From Octopus sinensis (taxonomy: Eukaryota), in the NCBI RefSeq assembly GCF_006345805.1, contig NC_043003.1, forward strand, positions 71,672,001-71,736,000: a stretch of DNA of 64,000 nt, given 5' to 3'. Every line of letters starts with the position of its first letter. Position 1 is the stretch's first letter. This document shows, piece after piece, positions 27,870 to 39,466 of this stretch. The position numbers were made by a program, and so were the translations under genes. A model generated the notes under the pieces. That model did not search any database. It saw nothing but the letters and a program-made list of their open reading frames with translations, and was not told the DNA's origin.

Positions 27870-28725
27870 TTTAGAATTTTGTCCGCTCATCTGCTTTAAT
27901 TATATCAATCTACATCAGTCCTGTCACCTGATTTACTTAAGTTATAGCAACCAAATATAACATTAGTATTCTGTATGCCAACTAATTTAATATAACAAAT
28001 ATTTAGCATTCTGTCAAAGTTGACATGATAAATCTAAACTATAGTGTTGTCTCAGCTTGGATAATTAATCTAACCTAATTTTAATGTTTTGTCGCTCAGC
28101 TGATCTAATTAGTAAAATATAGCTCTGGTCTCTTGCTGCTCAGCTAATCTAATAAATCAAACATAAGTTTAGTGTTCTGTCCCTCAACTAAACTAATTAA
28201 TGATAGTGTTCTGCTACTCAGTTCATCCAATTAAACAGGTAGCATCCTGTCCCACAGCTAAATTAATTAATGGGATGTAACTTTAGTGTTCTGCCAAACA
28301 GCTTACTAATTAGTCTAACAAAACTATACTGTTCTGTCACTCAGCTAACCTAATTAATCAAACAACTTAAGAGTTCTACAACTCAGTTAACGTAATTAAT
28401 TTAACTCAGCAAATCTAATTATGTATCCTAATTTTAGTGTTCTGTCCATCAGGTAATATAATTTGCTAACAACTTTATTGTTCTGTTACTCAACTATCCT
28501 AATTTATCAAACAACTTCAGTTTTCTGTCATTCAGCTAACCCAATTTATCTAAGTGTTCCATCATTCAACTAGCCTCATTAACTATACTGTTCTGGTACT
28601 TAACTAACCAAATTAGTCTAACATAAATTTGGTGTTCTGTCTAATATACTTCAGTATTCTATCACTCAGTTAGGCTAATTAGTCTAAAATAATTTTATTA
28701 TTCTCTCACACAACTAACCAAATAT
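27870..28725. repeat. decayed ~44-bp minisatellite, roughly 20 units
   Basis: Recurrent TTTAGTGTTCTGTCACTCAGCTAACCTAATTAATCTAACATAAC-like unit with many deletions. Confidence 0.85.
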
Positions 28726-28769
28726 ATGTATCATAACTCTTGAAAATCCATGGAAAATATTTTTCTATC

Positions 28770-29141
28770 TTTTTATCTTTTCCTTTTTGCTGTCATTAAA
28801 CTGTGGCCATGCTGGGGCACTACCTTGAAGAATTGTAGTCAAATGAATCAACACTAGTACTTTTTTTAAACCTGGTACTTATTCTATAGTTTCTTTTGCT
28901 AAAATGTTAAGTTACGGGGACATAAACACACCAATGCAGGTTGTCAAGCAATGGTGAGGAACAAACACCCACCCACACACATAGGCTTCTTTCAGTTTCT
29001 GTCTACTAAATCCATTCACAAGGCTTTGGTTGGCCTGAGGCTATAGTAGAAGACACTTGTCCAAGGTGCCATGCAGTGTGACTGAACCCAGAACCATGTG
29101 CTGAGAAGCAAAATTCTTACCACAACAATCATGCCTGTACC
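28770..29141 (-). mobile_element. SINE family A, older CpG-decayed copy
   Basis: Collinear homology to the 21788 copy. Confidence 0.85.
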
Positions 29142-29753
29142 TATGGTACCATATATTCCAACTTTTGCATTATATTCTTGTTTCATTATATTCACTTAAG
29201 ATGTTACTCTAACTAATTTATCCCTGCATCTGACAGAGGACATCTATCACCATGAGCCAAGCTTGAAGGATTTATTTCCCTCCATGAGGTGGCCAGTAAG
29301 AGAAGGCAGAATTTGATCCCAAAACCAAGAAAATTACAAATAACCATTGCAATATATCTTGTCAGAAACAAATACCCTATCAATCTGCCAATTCACTACT
29401 CTGCAATGGTACTTTATCATCTCCAGAAAGATGAAAAGTAAAATTGACTTTGGTGGGATCTGAACTCAGAGTGAAGAGATGCAGAGCAAATGCATTCTAT
29501 CCAATGTGCTAATGAATCTCTCATTTATCACCATCTTTCAAATCCATTGTACAAATAGTAACTGGTCTTAAACATGCACATACATTTCTGTGACCACTAT
29601 TATTCATAACAACATTCACAAAAATTTGAGTTTTTATTATCAGAGTTCTTTTCTCATTGACTTCTTCTCAGCCAACATTGTAGACTGTACTACTCTTGTT
29701 TTTTAAAACATTTTTCAGTTTGCTACCTCTTTGCTCTTATGAAATCGCTTTAA

Positions 29754-29974
29754 CCCTTTTGATACCAACCCGGCCAAAACCGCCTCTGGCTCTGTAGTAC
29801 AAATGTCTTGTTTTCATAAGTATTGAATTAAAATCTTCCACCAAACCTTAGTCACAATTTATATTGCTAACACTAGCTTAATGATAACTAAGTTATTTTA
29901 CTAAATTCTTTGCTATATACAAAGTAATTGAAAGAAACACAGAGCATCTCAAAATAAATATGGTAACGAAAGGG
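29754..29974. mobile_element. piggyBac-type MITE
   Basis: TTAA-CCCTTTTGATACCA ... TGGTAACGAAAGGG-TTAA. Confidence 0.85.
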
Positions 29975-32739
29975 TTAAGGTACCAATTGGCAGCTCTTTT
30001 ATCTTAGATTACTTGGTATTCTACTGAAGGCACAAAGTTTCAAATGGTAACCAATATTATTACAGGAATTGATGTCAATACAAGCTAATAAATCATGTTA
30101 ATTCAGTTATAATACCACTCCTGTGAGTCAATAAAGTACATACTCATTAACTTGTACAAGAATTCAACTAATGCTATCTTGTAAATTGGAAAATAAATAT
30201 ATTAAAAAGAAAAAAGAAAAATGATTACCTGCAAATAACTTTTGTATCTCCTATGAAATATATTTCCTTTTTTTTTTTTGAGATAATTTATCTCAAAATA
30301 CATAAATCATTAGTTAATTTAAAAGAGAATTATGAAATAATTAGTCTATATTTTCAGGAGAAAATAGTTATTTTTTCCCTATGAAGATAATTGCTAAAAA
30401 AAAAAAAACAGAAAAGAGAGACAGACAGAATTGATACAAAATGATGAAAATAACTATAATTCTAGATAATCCCAACAGGAAAATTTTATACGACAAAGAG
30501 AATGTAATTAATTCCAAAGATTCTTCTTGTCATTGAATATTTTTCCAATTTTTAAAATTTAACTGTTTCCATATTTTGGGTGCCCTCAAACTCAACATTT
30601 TACATAAATACTTGTTTATATTTTTAATATTTGTCTTTTGTTTTTTAAAACAGTTAGAATGGAAAGAAAACTGGTTGGATGTAAACTAGATTTTAAATGA
30701 CTCATAAATAAAAATGCCTTTACTCAAAATGATAAGAAAAAGACCGGCTACTAGCAGATATCAAAATGCATGTAGATAAAATGTGTAGGGGAAAAAGAAA
30801 TTTATGTATCCAAGCATGTGTAATTTGATAGATTTCATAGTTGGTTGCCCATCCTAACACAAGAAAATGATATCAATAAATATTATTGATTTGGAAACTA
30901 TTTTAGATAATAGAAAATGTGTGAACATGTGTGATCACATGATATAACATTTATAGGTCTGTTTAGTCAGGTCTGACTTGGGGCTAAACAGCCAACATAC
31001 AGAAAAGATCTTTTGGGGGAAAATACATAATAAGCTGCCAGGATATTAAACATTAGAAATATAGTTTGCAGATGTAGGGGTTATTTTTAGAGAATATTGA
31101 TGACTAGAATAAAGGTACCAAATTAGGTGTTACTGTTATACAGCTTGTTTCATATTTGGTCTAGCAGTTTCTATTGCCATTTACAGTGTCCTGACCACAC
31201 CTGCAAGTGAGGAATAAACACAACAAAATGCTGTGTGTAGGCTTCTTTACAACAAAGTTAAAATAAAAGCATAATGATTTGATAACAGTAATGTACAAAT
31301 GGATTTTGAATTTTCTGACCAAGAAATCAAAAAAAGAAAAGTTATGAATCTATAATATTAGGCAACTACACATTTTCTTCAAAATACCAGAGCTGAAACC
31401 TTATAATACACATTCTTTAGCTGTGACTATGTCCATATCCACTACCAATAACTTCAAATTTGCAGATGACTCTGCTGTGGAAAATTGGATCTGTGATGTA
31501 CCAATGAAGGAACCACTATACAGCTGCTAGAAATAACAAATAAGACACTTGAACTGCAGACATTCAAAATAAAACCAACATGTTAACTAAATACCAAAAC
31601 AAATGACAGCAACTACTAACACCATCCATCCATCACCGAGGGAGTCCTCAATATACTCAACACAATCTGGTTCAAAATAATTTGAGCCAACTGAAAAATC
31701 AAACAAATAATACACATGGAAAAAAAGTGATAAATAAAATACACCTCCACTTATACAACCTAAATGGCCAGAGTCAACATCAAATGCAGTAATGTCAACA
31801 TGGCATATGTCAGAAAACATCTAAACAAGATGCAAAACATAAGAAAACAAGAAAATTGGCAAATCTAACAAACTCTAAAAGAAACAGGGAAATTCAACAG
31901 AGGAATTAGCAATGTCAAGAACAAATCAGTTGTCACAACACATGTTACAACTGCAATCTTAGATGATAGATCCACACTCTAACAGCAATAAGTAAATACA
32001 CTGATGAAACATTTTATCAAAATTTAATCACCAAAAAACCACACAAAATATAAAAAAAAACATGCACTTTCCATCTAGATCATGAGTTTTAATCCTTTTC
32101 ATCAAACAGATACCAGAAAAGCAACAGAAAAATCCTAAAAGTCAAAACTGTGAGGAGCTGGTGAAATCCAAAACACACACAAAACACTTAAAAGCTGAAG
32201 GAACCATTGTACTCACTAACCAAAAAGAGAGCCTCAAAACACCTGTACTTGTCCCTTTGCTATATTTTAGCCTTTTGATACCTGGCATATAGCCACTCAT
32301 ATCTACCTTCCCCTCCTAAATACTTTTTCTTAGTAGTGGGAGCATTTTCATCCCTTTCTTTCCCCTTCTTCGTTCTTTTCTGTCTTGCAAGTTATATGGC
32401 AAACCTCACAAGTGTCAGTGGTATGAAAAATGCACCCAGTATGCTCTGTAAAATGGTAGTGCTAGTGGCACAAAAAGAGCACTCAATACATTCTTTAATA
32501 TGATTGGTATTGGAAAGGGCATCCAATTACAGAAACCCTGCCAAAGATGACATTAGAGCTTGATGCAGCCTTGCAATTCACTGCTTCCCTGTCAAACTGT
32601 CCTTCTTATGCCAGCATGGAAAGTGGATGTTAAATGATGATGACACCACTACACCATGAAAATAAAATAACACCAAGTGTTGTCACAGATGTACAAAAAG
32701 TTGGGATGGGGAGTCTTTAATTATAGGGCTGCTTAATCA

Positions 32740-33483
32740 GTACAGTGAAAAAGTTGGATAAGTGGGTTCCATGTGAACTCAATGAAAATTAGAAACAGCA
32801 ACATTTGGAATCCTGCATTATGCTACTTTCTTGTCACAAAAATGAATCATTTTTGAATCGATTTCTAACATGTGATGAGAAATGGATCTGATATAACAAC
32901 CGTAAATATTTAGCACAATGATTAGACAAAGATGAGCCACCAAAAAGCAAAATTCATCAAAAGAAGCTGATGGTGTGTGTTTGCTGGTCTAGCACAGGTG
33001 TGATCCATTATGATTTTGTTAAACCTGGCTCATCTATCACAACCGAAGTATACTGCAGCCAACTGGACCAAATGATGCAGAAAATTACAAAAATATTGCC
33101 CATTGCCTAGATTAGTCAACAGATCCACTCCTAATTTATTGCAAGACAACACCAGACCACACATCGTGAAAATGACATTGGCGAAACTACAGGGATTGGA
33201 GTTGGAAGTTCTCCATCATCCACCATACTCACCTGATCTTGCCCCACTGACTACCACTTCTTCCAGAATTTGGAAAACTTTTTGATAGAAAAAAAAATTA
33301 AATTCTGACGATGCTGTAAATTGCCAGGCTTTTACAGTTCCAGGCTGGACAAGCTACTACTGAAATGGCAAAAGTGCATTGACAATATGGGTATATACTT
33401 TCATGAATTTAACTATTCCTTGTATTTATAAAACATTAACAAACTTTTTTTCTTTTCTACAAATTTCATACTTGATGACCTAA
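32740..33483 (+). mobile_element. mariner transposase pseudogene, 3' two-thirds
   Basis: WVPCEL, TCDEKWI, LQDNTRPH and HPPYSPDLAP motifs with stops; TIR-like CATACTTGATGACCTAA end. Confidence 0.88.
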
Positions 33484-33940
33484 TGCAAATAGCTGCAATA
33501 TATAGATATTGCATAAGCTCTAAACATTATACTAGGATAAACATCACTAATTGCAGGGGCAGATAAACAGCAACTCATGAATTAATGTATCTTACAAGTA
33601 AAGGACACCTGATCAGAAATTAACTCCACTGAATAATGTACACTGCATAACATTGAGTACATAACAGCATTGAGAACTTGGAAACATCACATTTATTGCA
33701 CCAATTATGAGTTGCTCATTTTTCTTTGTTGCCATCTGGTTGTTATTATTATTTAACCCCAAGTCATCCTCCATCCAGCAGGCCTGAAATCATGGATATT
33801 CCAACCATGACCACCCAACTTTCTTAAGATATCCAGCACTACATCATTCAGCAACATCTCCTTCTTTGTTAGATGATAGAGTGCAACCTAGCATGTTAAG
33901 TGACAATATAGAGGTTTCTAGCATTAGCTTGTTGCTACCT

Positions 33941-34389
33941 AGTAGCTGCTAGAGTCACATCTGGTTTCTGCTAGAGTCACATCTGGCTTCTGCTAGAGTC
34001 ACATCTGGCTTCTGCTAGAGTCACATCTGGCTTCTGCTAGAGTCACATCTGGTTGCTGTTAGAGTCACAGCTGGTTGCTGCTAGAGTCATAGCTGGTCGA
34101 CGCTAGAGTTACAGCTGGTCGACGCTAGAGTTACAGCTGGTCGATGCTAGAGCCACAGCTGGTCGATGCTAGAGTCATAGCTGGTTGATGCTAGAGTCAC
34201 AGCTAGTTGATACTAGACTTACATCTGGTCAATGCTAGACTTACATCTGGTCGATGTTAGACTTACATCTGGTTACTGCAAGAGTCACATCTAGTAGCTG
34301 CAAGAGTCACATCTAGAAGCTGCAAGAGTCACATCTAGAAGCTGCAAGAGTCACATCTAGAAGCTGCAAGAGTCACATCTGGTAGCTGC
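33941..34389. repeat. 22-bp minisatellite, about 20 units
   Basis: Unit CTAGAGTCACATCTGGCTTCTG starts at 33971, 33993, 34015 and onward, with block-wise variants. Confidence 0.95.
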
Positions 34390-34761
34390 CAAATAATTGA
34401 AAATCAAGAATAATTTTTAGAACTGATACAAAGCTAAATACTAATCTCTACTATTGTGACTATGTGCGTATGCATGTAGATGTATTAATGTTTATTCTAT
34501 ATTTTCACAGTAACGATATAATAATTGTATTACCACTGTTGCAATATCTGCTCAATGAATGAATCAATCAATGACTATACATGCATCACAACAATAAATA
34601 CTATAACAATAACATAATTATGATAGAAATATGATTACATTAGTAAATATGTATTCATTGATACATTACAAAACATACGCCTACATTCATGCACATATAC
34701 ACAAATATACATTGTAAATGCACAGAAAAACACACTACACACATACATACACACATACATA

Positions 34762-35590
34762 TAGGGTGTTCAGGCTAAATTTAATAATTTTTATGTCTTC
34801 TTTTTTCAGGAACAGCATAACGTATTGGTGAAAAGTCAATGGCATTGGAAAGTATAAATAATATTAAAGTTGTAGCTGAGGAAGAGCTGCCTGACATGGA
34901 GTTGCTTGTAGGTTGATGATTCATGCTGGGTGTCAAAATGCTGACGTCATTACTACTGCTCAATGCTCTGTTGGCATTGTAAAGGTTATAAGGAATGACA
35001 TGGACAGGTGCAACAGAGACTGCAAAGCTGTGGGAAGGGACACAGCAGGCACTCTGACTGTGTCCATGCACCAGAGTTCATCCACCAACTGATGTGTAGG
35101 CCTTAGGCTCAATGAAGACAGCTACGTGAAGTTGTAGGAGACTTTGGTCAAACCCTGGCTGGAGAAGGTTGCTGCTGGAAGGTCATGTGTGTGACAACGT
35201 GATTCAGCTCCAGAGTCAAAAGGGGTCAAAGAATTTGTACAATTTCACCAGCCCTAATTTCTTGCTTCCTAATTCCTTCAATTATAATCTTATGGATTAT
35301 AATGTGTGAGGTATAGTTAAGAAAGACACCAACTGTTCTGCCAGCAACACCAAGCCTGAGCTGGTGGCCAAAATCAAGGAGGAGTTTGAAGATCTTCCCA
35401 GAGACACAGTGAGGAACACATGTGTCAGGTTTTAGAGCTGTCTTGAGGCCATAGTGGAAGCTGAGGGCAGCTATTTTGAGTAAACTGTTATCTAGTTGAT
35501 ATCAAGTTTATTTTTAAAAATACATTTATACTTGGATGGGACATTGTGTTTTAATTTTTCCTTTACTCAAACTGTCGAACTCTCCCTATG
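34762..35590 (+). mobile_element. maT/DD37D-type Tc1-mariner element, internally deleted
   Basis: AGGGTGTTCAGGCTAAATTT terminus; VKPWLEKVAAGRSCVxQRDSAP and PNSFNYNLMDY..NTKPELVAKIKEEF..CLEAIVEAEGSYFE resemble DD37D transposase C-termini. Confidence 0.75.
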
Positions 35591-35889
35591 TATACACACA
35601 CATATCATTACATACATGAATATATATCTGTGTGTTTGTGTGTGTGCATGTGTGTAATAATCTATCTATCTATATATATATATATATAGATAGATACATA
35701 TATACACACACACACACACATAAATCAGAAAATGTATATATATATTCACACGCTCACAAACACAAATCTATACATGCATTTATGCACACTGGCTCAGTAT
35801 ACATTTACATAAATACAAGCTACTTTGAATAAAACAGTGTTACGTCTTCAGAAGTATGTTGTTGGCTCTATTTTGTTGAGGCCTCCACC

Positions 35890-36560
35890 TCAGTTGTGGA
35901 CAGCTAAGTATTTTCTTATCTTTCTTTCTAGTTATGATTCTATCTATGTAAGATCTGGATGACCCGTCGTTTCTTGCCCAGGTCCATGCTGGAGTGTCTA
36001 GGTGGTCCAGTCTGAATCGATCTGCCAACTCGAAACGACTTAGCAGATCGTTGAGGTGAGGTAATCTCCTTCTATTCTTTCTCGAACCAACATAATCTAT
36101 GCGTGCATCGCAAATTATGTGGAAGTCACCTAGCAATACTAACGTGTTCGACGTGCCAAAAAAATTCTCTAGGCTTTTGAAGTGATATTTCTGTTGGGCA
36201 TTACCTTCACAGGGAGCATAGACAGCGACCAGCCTGAACACTTTATCACTGCTGTGTGTCACATCCAAAACGACCAACCTGCCTTCTGGATCTATAACGA
36301 CAGTTCTAATCTCTAAATCCAGGTTTTTTCTGACCAGCACTGTGACTCCTCTTCCCCCTCCAGGTTGACAGGGACAAACGTATTTCTCGTAGCTGTTTAG
36401 CAGGGGCGAAAAAGCCTGCAGCCCACTCAGTCTGGATTCGGTAATTACAACTACATCCAAACGATGCAACCCAAGGTCGTTAAGGAGGTAGCCTTGCTTC
36501 CAATACGACCCCAGGTCACGAATATTTAAACAACCGAGTTTAAACGAGAATGTGAAAAAT
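35890..36560 (-). pseudogene. LINE ORF2 apurinic-like endonuclease domain
   Basis: GCLNIR, DVVVITES, GVTVL, GRLVVLDV, VYAP, LGDF and SYIDRI motifs. Confidence 0.9.
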
Positions 36561-36895
36561 TAGTCGAATGTTTAAAACTTACTGTTTTAATGGGAGAGAG
36601 GGTGTAGTTTTACCCTCCTCTTTTCTGTTTGTGAGTGTTGTGGTTTGCGAGGTCAGTTTTTCGTGAATTGTCTGTATAGATGGCTTGAAAAGTTAATCTG
36701 TAACGGGCCAACGTCCTCCGCAAAAGATTTTTTTAGTTCAAAATATTCAGTTATCTATAGTATAAAATTTGACATTTTCAAGAATAGTATTATTTACATC
36801 TGTTGAGATATATTTTTTCGCCGATTTCATTAAAACAATTTTGTCTCTTAATAGTTTATAATTTTTGTTTATTGCCGTGAAGGTGTTTCTCTTTT

Positions 36896-37864
36896 TTATA
36901 TTAGGCGATTGTGGAGGGGTGTGTGTGTGCTTGTGGGTGTGTATGCTTGTAGAAGTGTGGGTGTTTGTAGGTGTGTGTGTGCTTGTGGTAGGTGTGTGTG
37001 TGTTTTTTTGGCTACGTGTGTGTTTGTGACTGAATTTGTGGGTGTGGGTGTGCTTGTCTGTCTAGGAGCATAGTCCTGTGTATCCGAAGAAGGTGGGTTT
37101 TTCCGTTTCCATCTTCTTTTTGAAGGTTCCACGTTGACCCACTCCTGGATGTTGTTGTTGTTTTCTCCCGCTGTCGGCTGTACTTCAGCAATTGGGGTGA
37201 GTGACGTGGCTGCTACTTGTAGCGGCGTGGTCGTTGTCTTTGGCGTCGTGCTTGCCTCTTCTGCTGCATTTTCTTTGGCTGTCTTCTTACAGCTCGATCT
37301 TATGTGGCCTTTCTCGCCACATTTGTAACATCTGGGCTTTCTCCCCTCGACTACCACCATCATGCTGGTATTTTCTCCAATTGTAAGGGAACTAGGCAAT
37401 GTTTCTAAGTCTGAGGGGTTTGCTTGGATGACAAGCTCTAAATCTTGTCCAAACCAGTTTATGTGGTGGTATCTCTTAGATTGAAGAATTGAAATTTCTT
37501 CTTCTTTGCCTATGAGAATAGCGGCTATGACAAAGGCCACATCTACTTCGGGTGGTGCATCCATGACTGTGATTTTTGAAGTTCTCTTTCCTAAGTAAGT
37601 CGGCAGGAGAACTACTTCTTCCGACTTTAATGTCATTGTTGAATGTTCCCTAGCTTTTTCTTCGCTAGGGAAACGCACTTCTACAGTGCCGAAGCGACTA
37701 CCCCTCGTTATGTAACTTCTTTGTTGCCATATCAGCCTCAAGCATTTTTCTATGGCTTCCCTCGGTACAAAGTCGATTTGTTTATTTTCGACATTATATG
37801 TTTTATATATTACCGTCTTTCTCTCCGTCGCGTAAATTAATTCACTGGGAGGGAGCAACTTCAC
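36896..37864 (-). pseudogene. LINE ORF1 (gag-like, CCHC zinc knuckle), disrupted at both ends
   Basis: 322-aa open stretch with CYKCGEKGHIRSSC followed by a low-complexity T/P-rich tail, directly upstream of the endonuclease. Confidence 0.8.
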
Positions 37865-38632
37865 ATTATCACCTTCTTTGTTTAGTAAACCTAGGTATTT
37901 CTTTAATTCTTCTTTGTTAATAACTATATTTTCGCAGGGGCGAGTTGTGCACTCGCAAAATTTATTTTTGACTTTTCCTGTTGTGTAGTAGCTTCGCTAA
38001 CATCTTGTCGTCTGCTTTTGTAACGCGCGCGTGAGACGCCTCTTTAGTTTTACCTTCCTCCTCCCACCTATTCGCCTTCATGTCTTCAAACAAATTTTAA
38101 GTTTTCCTCCGACTCGGAAGAAATTGGTGGCAAATTCATGTTTTTCGTCGCTTCCCCCTTGAAACAAGGCGGAAATAACAGCAAAACTCTGCTGCAACAG
38201 CAGAAAAGAAGTGGTCTCGACGACCAAAACAGCAAATTTTCAAAATTTTCAGCACAAAAACAATATTTCACTGCGGAGCAAAGAATAACACGACCGATGA
38301 GAGAGAGAGAGAGAGATTATTATAGTTTAGCAAATTGTATTTGGAAAGAAATGGTTGAAAGATAACAAATTACAAAAGATTATTAGTTTCCCAGAGCACC
38401 AGAGACCCTGCTTTCATCTGGACAGAACAGAAAAATCCAAGAAACTGAACAATATTCAAGGGAAAATATTATTTTCGAAAATATCTCATAAAAGATATCA
38501 CACTCAAACTCTTGCAGGAACAATGAATTATAAAACAAATACTGAAGACGTAAACAGCAAAAATATCAGAAACATATTATGAGAAAGAAAGTTTGGGAAA
38601 TGTAAGGAAAAGTAGTTAACAGGAACACCTAC

Positions 38633-38810
38633 CAAGTGACAGATACTACCTAGTGACAGATACATGGTTCACGTCCTGTCAGAGGGTTGCTGTTTCTATT
38701 TTCTGTTACAACTTTATATAGATATTTAATGTTTTTCGTAGTAAATTGAAGTGGTGAATGCACTCGCGAAAAGAAAAAAAACCGTCAATCAAAGGGAAAT
38801 AACTCCTCCG
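38633..38810 (-). promoter_or_regulatory. possible internal promoter or alternative first exon
   Basis: Local CpG retention, ACTCGCGAA and AAAGGGAAATAACTC motifs, and AACCATG at 38665 followed by donor-like AG/GTAGTA and TG/GTAGGT. Confidence 0.25.
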
Positions 38811-38978
38811 TTAATGTTTAATTACTGTCATTTTATAAGGTAAAACATTACAATAGCGTGTTCAAAGGCCGAAACCCCTGAACATATCTCATTATCAGCA
38901 CTGAAATGCGTCTATGACAAGGACCTAATCAAAAAAGGCACAATAGGATGGTAGGTATGATTACCGAAAGCTGATGAC

Positions 38979-39390
38979 GGGCGAGCTGGCAGACAAGTTA
39001 GCTCGCCGGGCGAAATGTTTAGCGGTATTTCGTCTGCCGTTACGTTGTGAGTTCAAATTCCGCCGAGGTCGACTTTGTCTTTCATCCTTTCGGGGTCGAT
39101 AAATTAAGTACCAGTTACGTACTGGGTCGATGTAGTCGACTTATACCTATGTCTGTCTTTGTTTGTCCCCTCTATGTTTAGCCCCTTGTGGGTAATAAAG
39201 AAATAGGTATTTCGTCTGTCGTTACGTTCTGAGTTCAAATTCCGCCGAGGGTCAACTTTGCCTTTCATCCTTTCGGGGTCGATAAATAAAGTATCAGTTT
39301 CACACTGGGGGCGATATAATCGACTCAATCCCTTCGTCTGTCCTTGTTTGTTCCCTCTATGTTTAGCCCCTTCTGGGCAGTAAAGAAATA
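38979..39390 (+). mobile_element. SINE family B tandem dimer with GCCCCTTGTGGG-AATAAAGAAA tail
   Basis: Unit 1 (38979-39205) has the full head; unit 2 restarts at GGTATTTCGTCTG (39206). CpGs intact. Confidence 0.92.
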
Positions 39391-39466
39391 TATATTAAAC
39401 AGCCATTAATAACTGCCAAGTGCAAAATTAAAATATTTCTTCTGTGAGTAAATAAGATGAGAGGGA

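Larger units (their letters stand above)
35890..38298 (-). mobile_element. Tx1/L1-clade LINE, 5' portion (5'UTR, ORF1, APE endonuclease), 3'-truncated
   Basis: Two-ORF layout; the 5' end abuts (TC)n at 38298; ORF2 homology stops after the YIDRI motif at about 35890. Confidence 0.85.

Noticed and set aside
31420-32230. A-rich stretch resembling a very old LINE
   Set aside because: Too degraded to assign motifs or boundaries by eye
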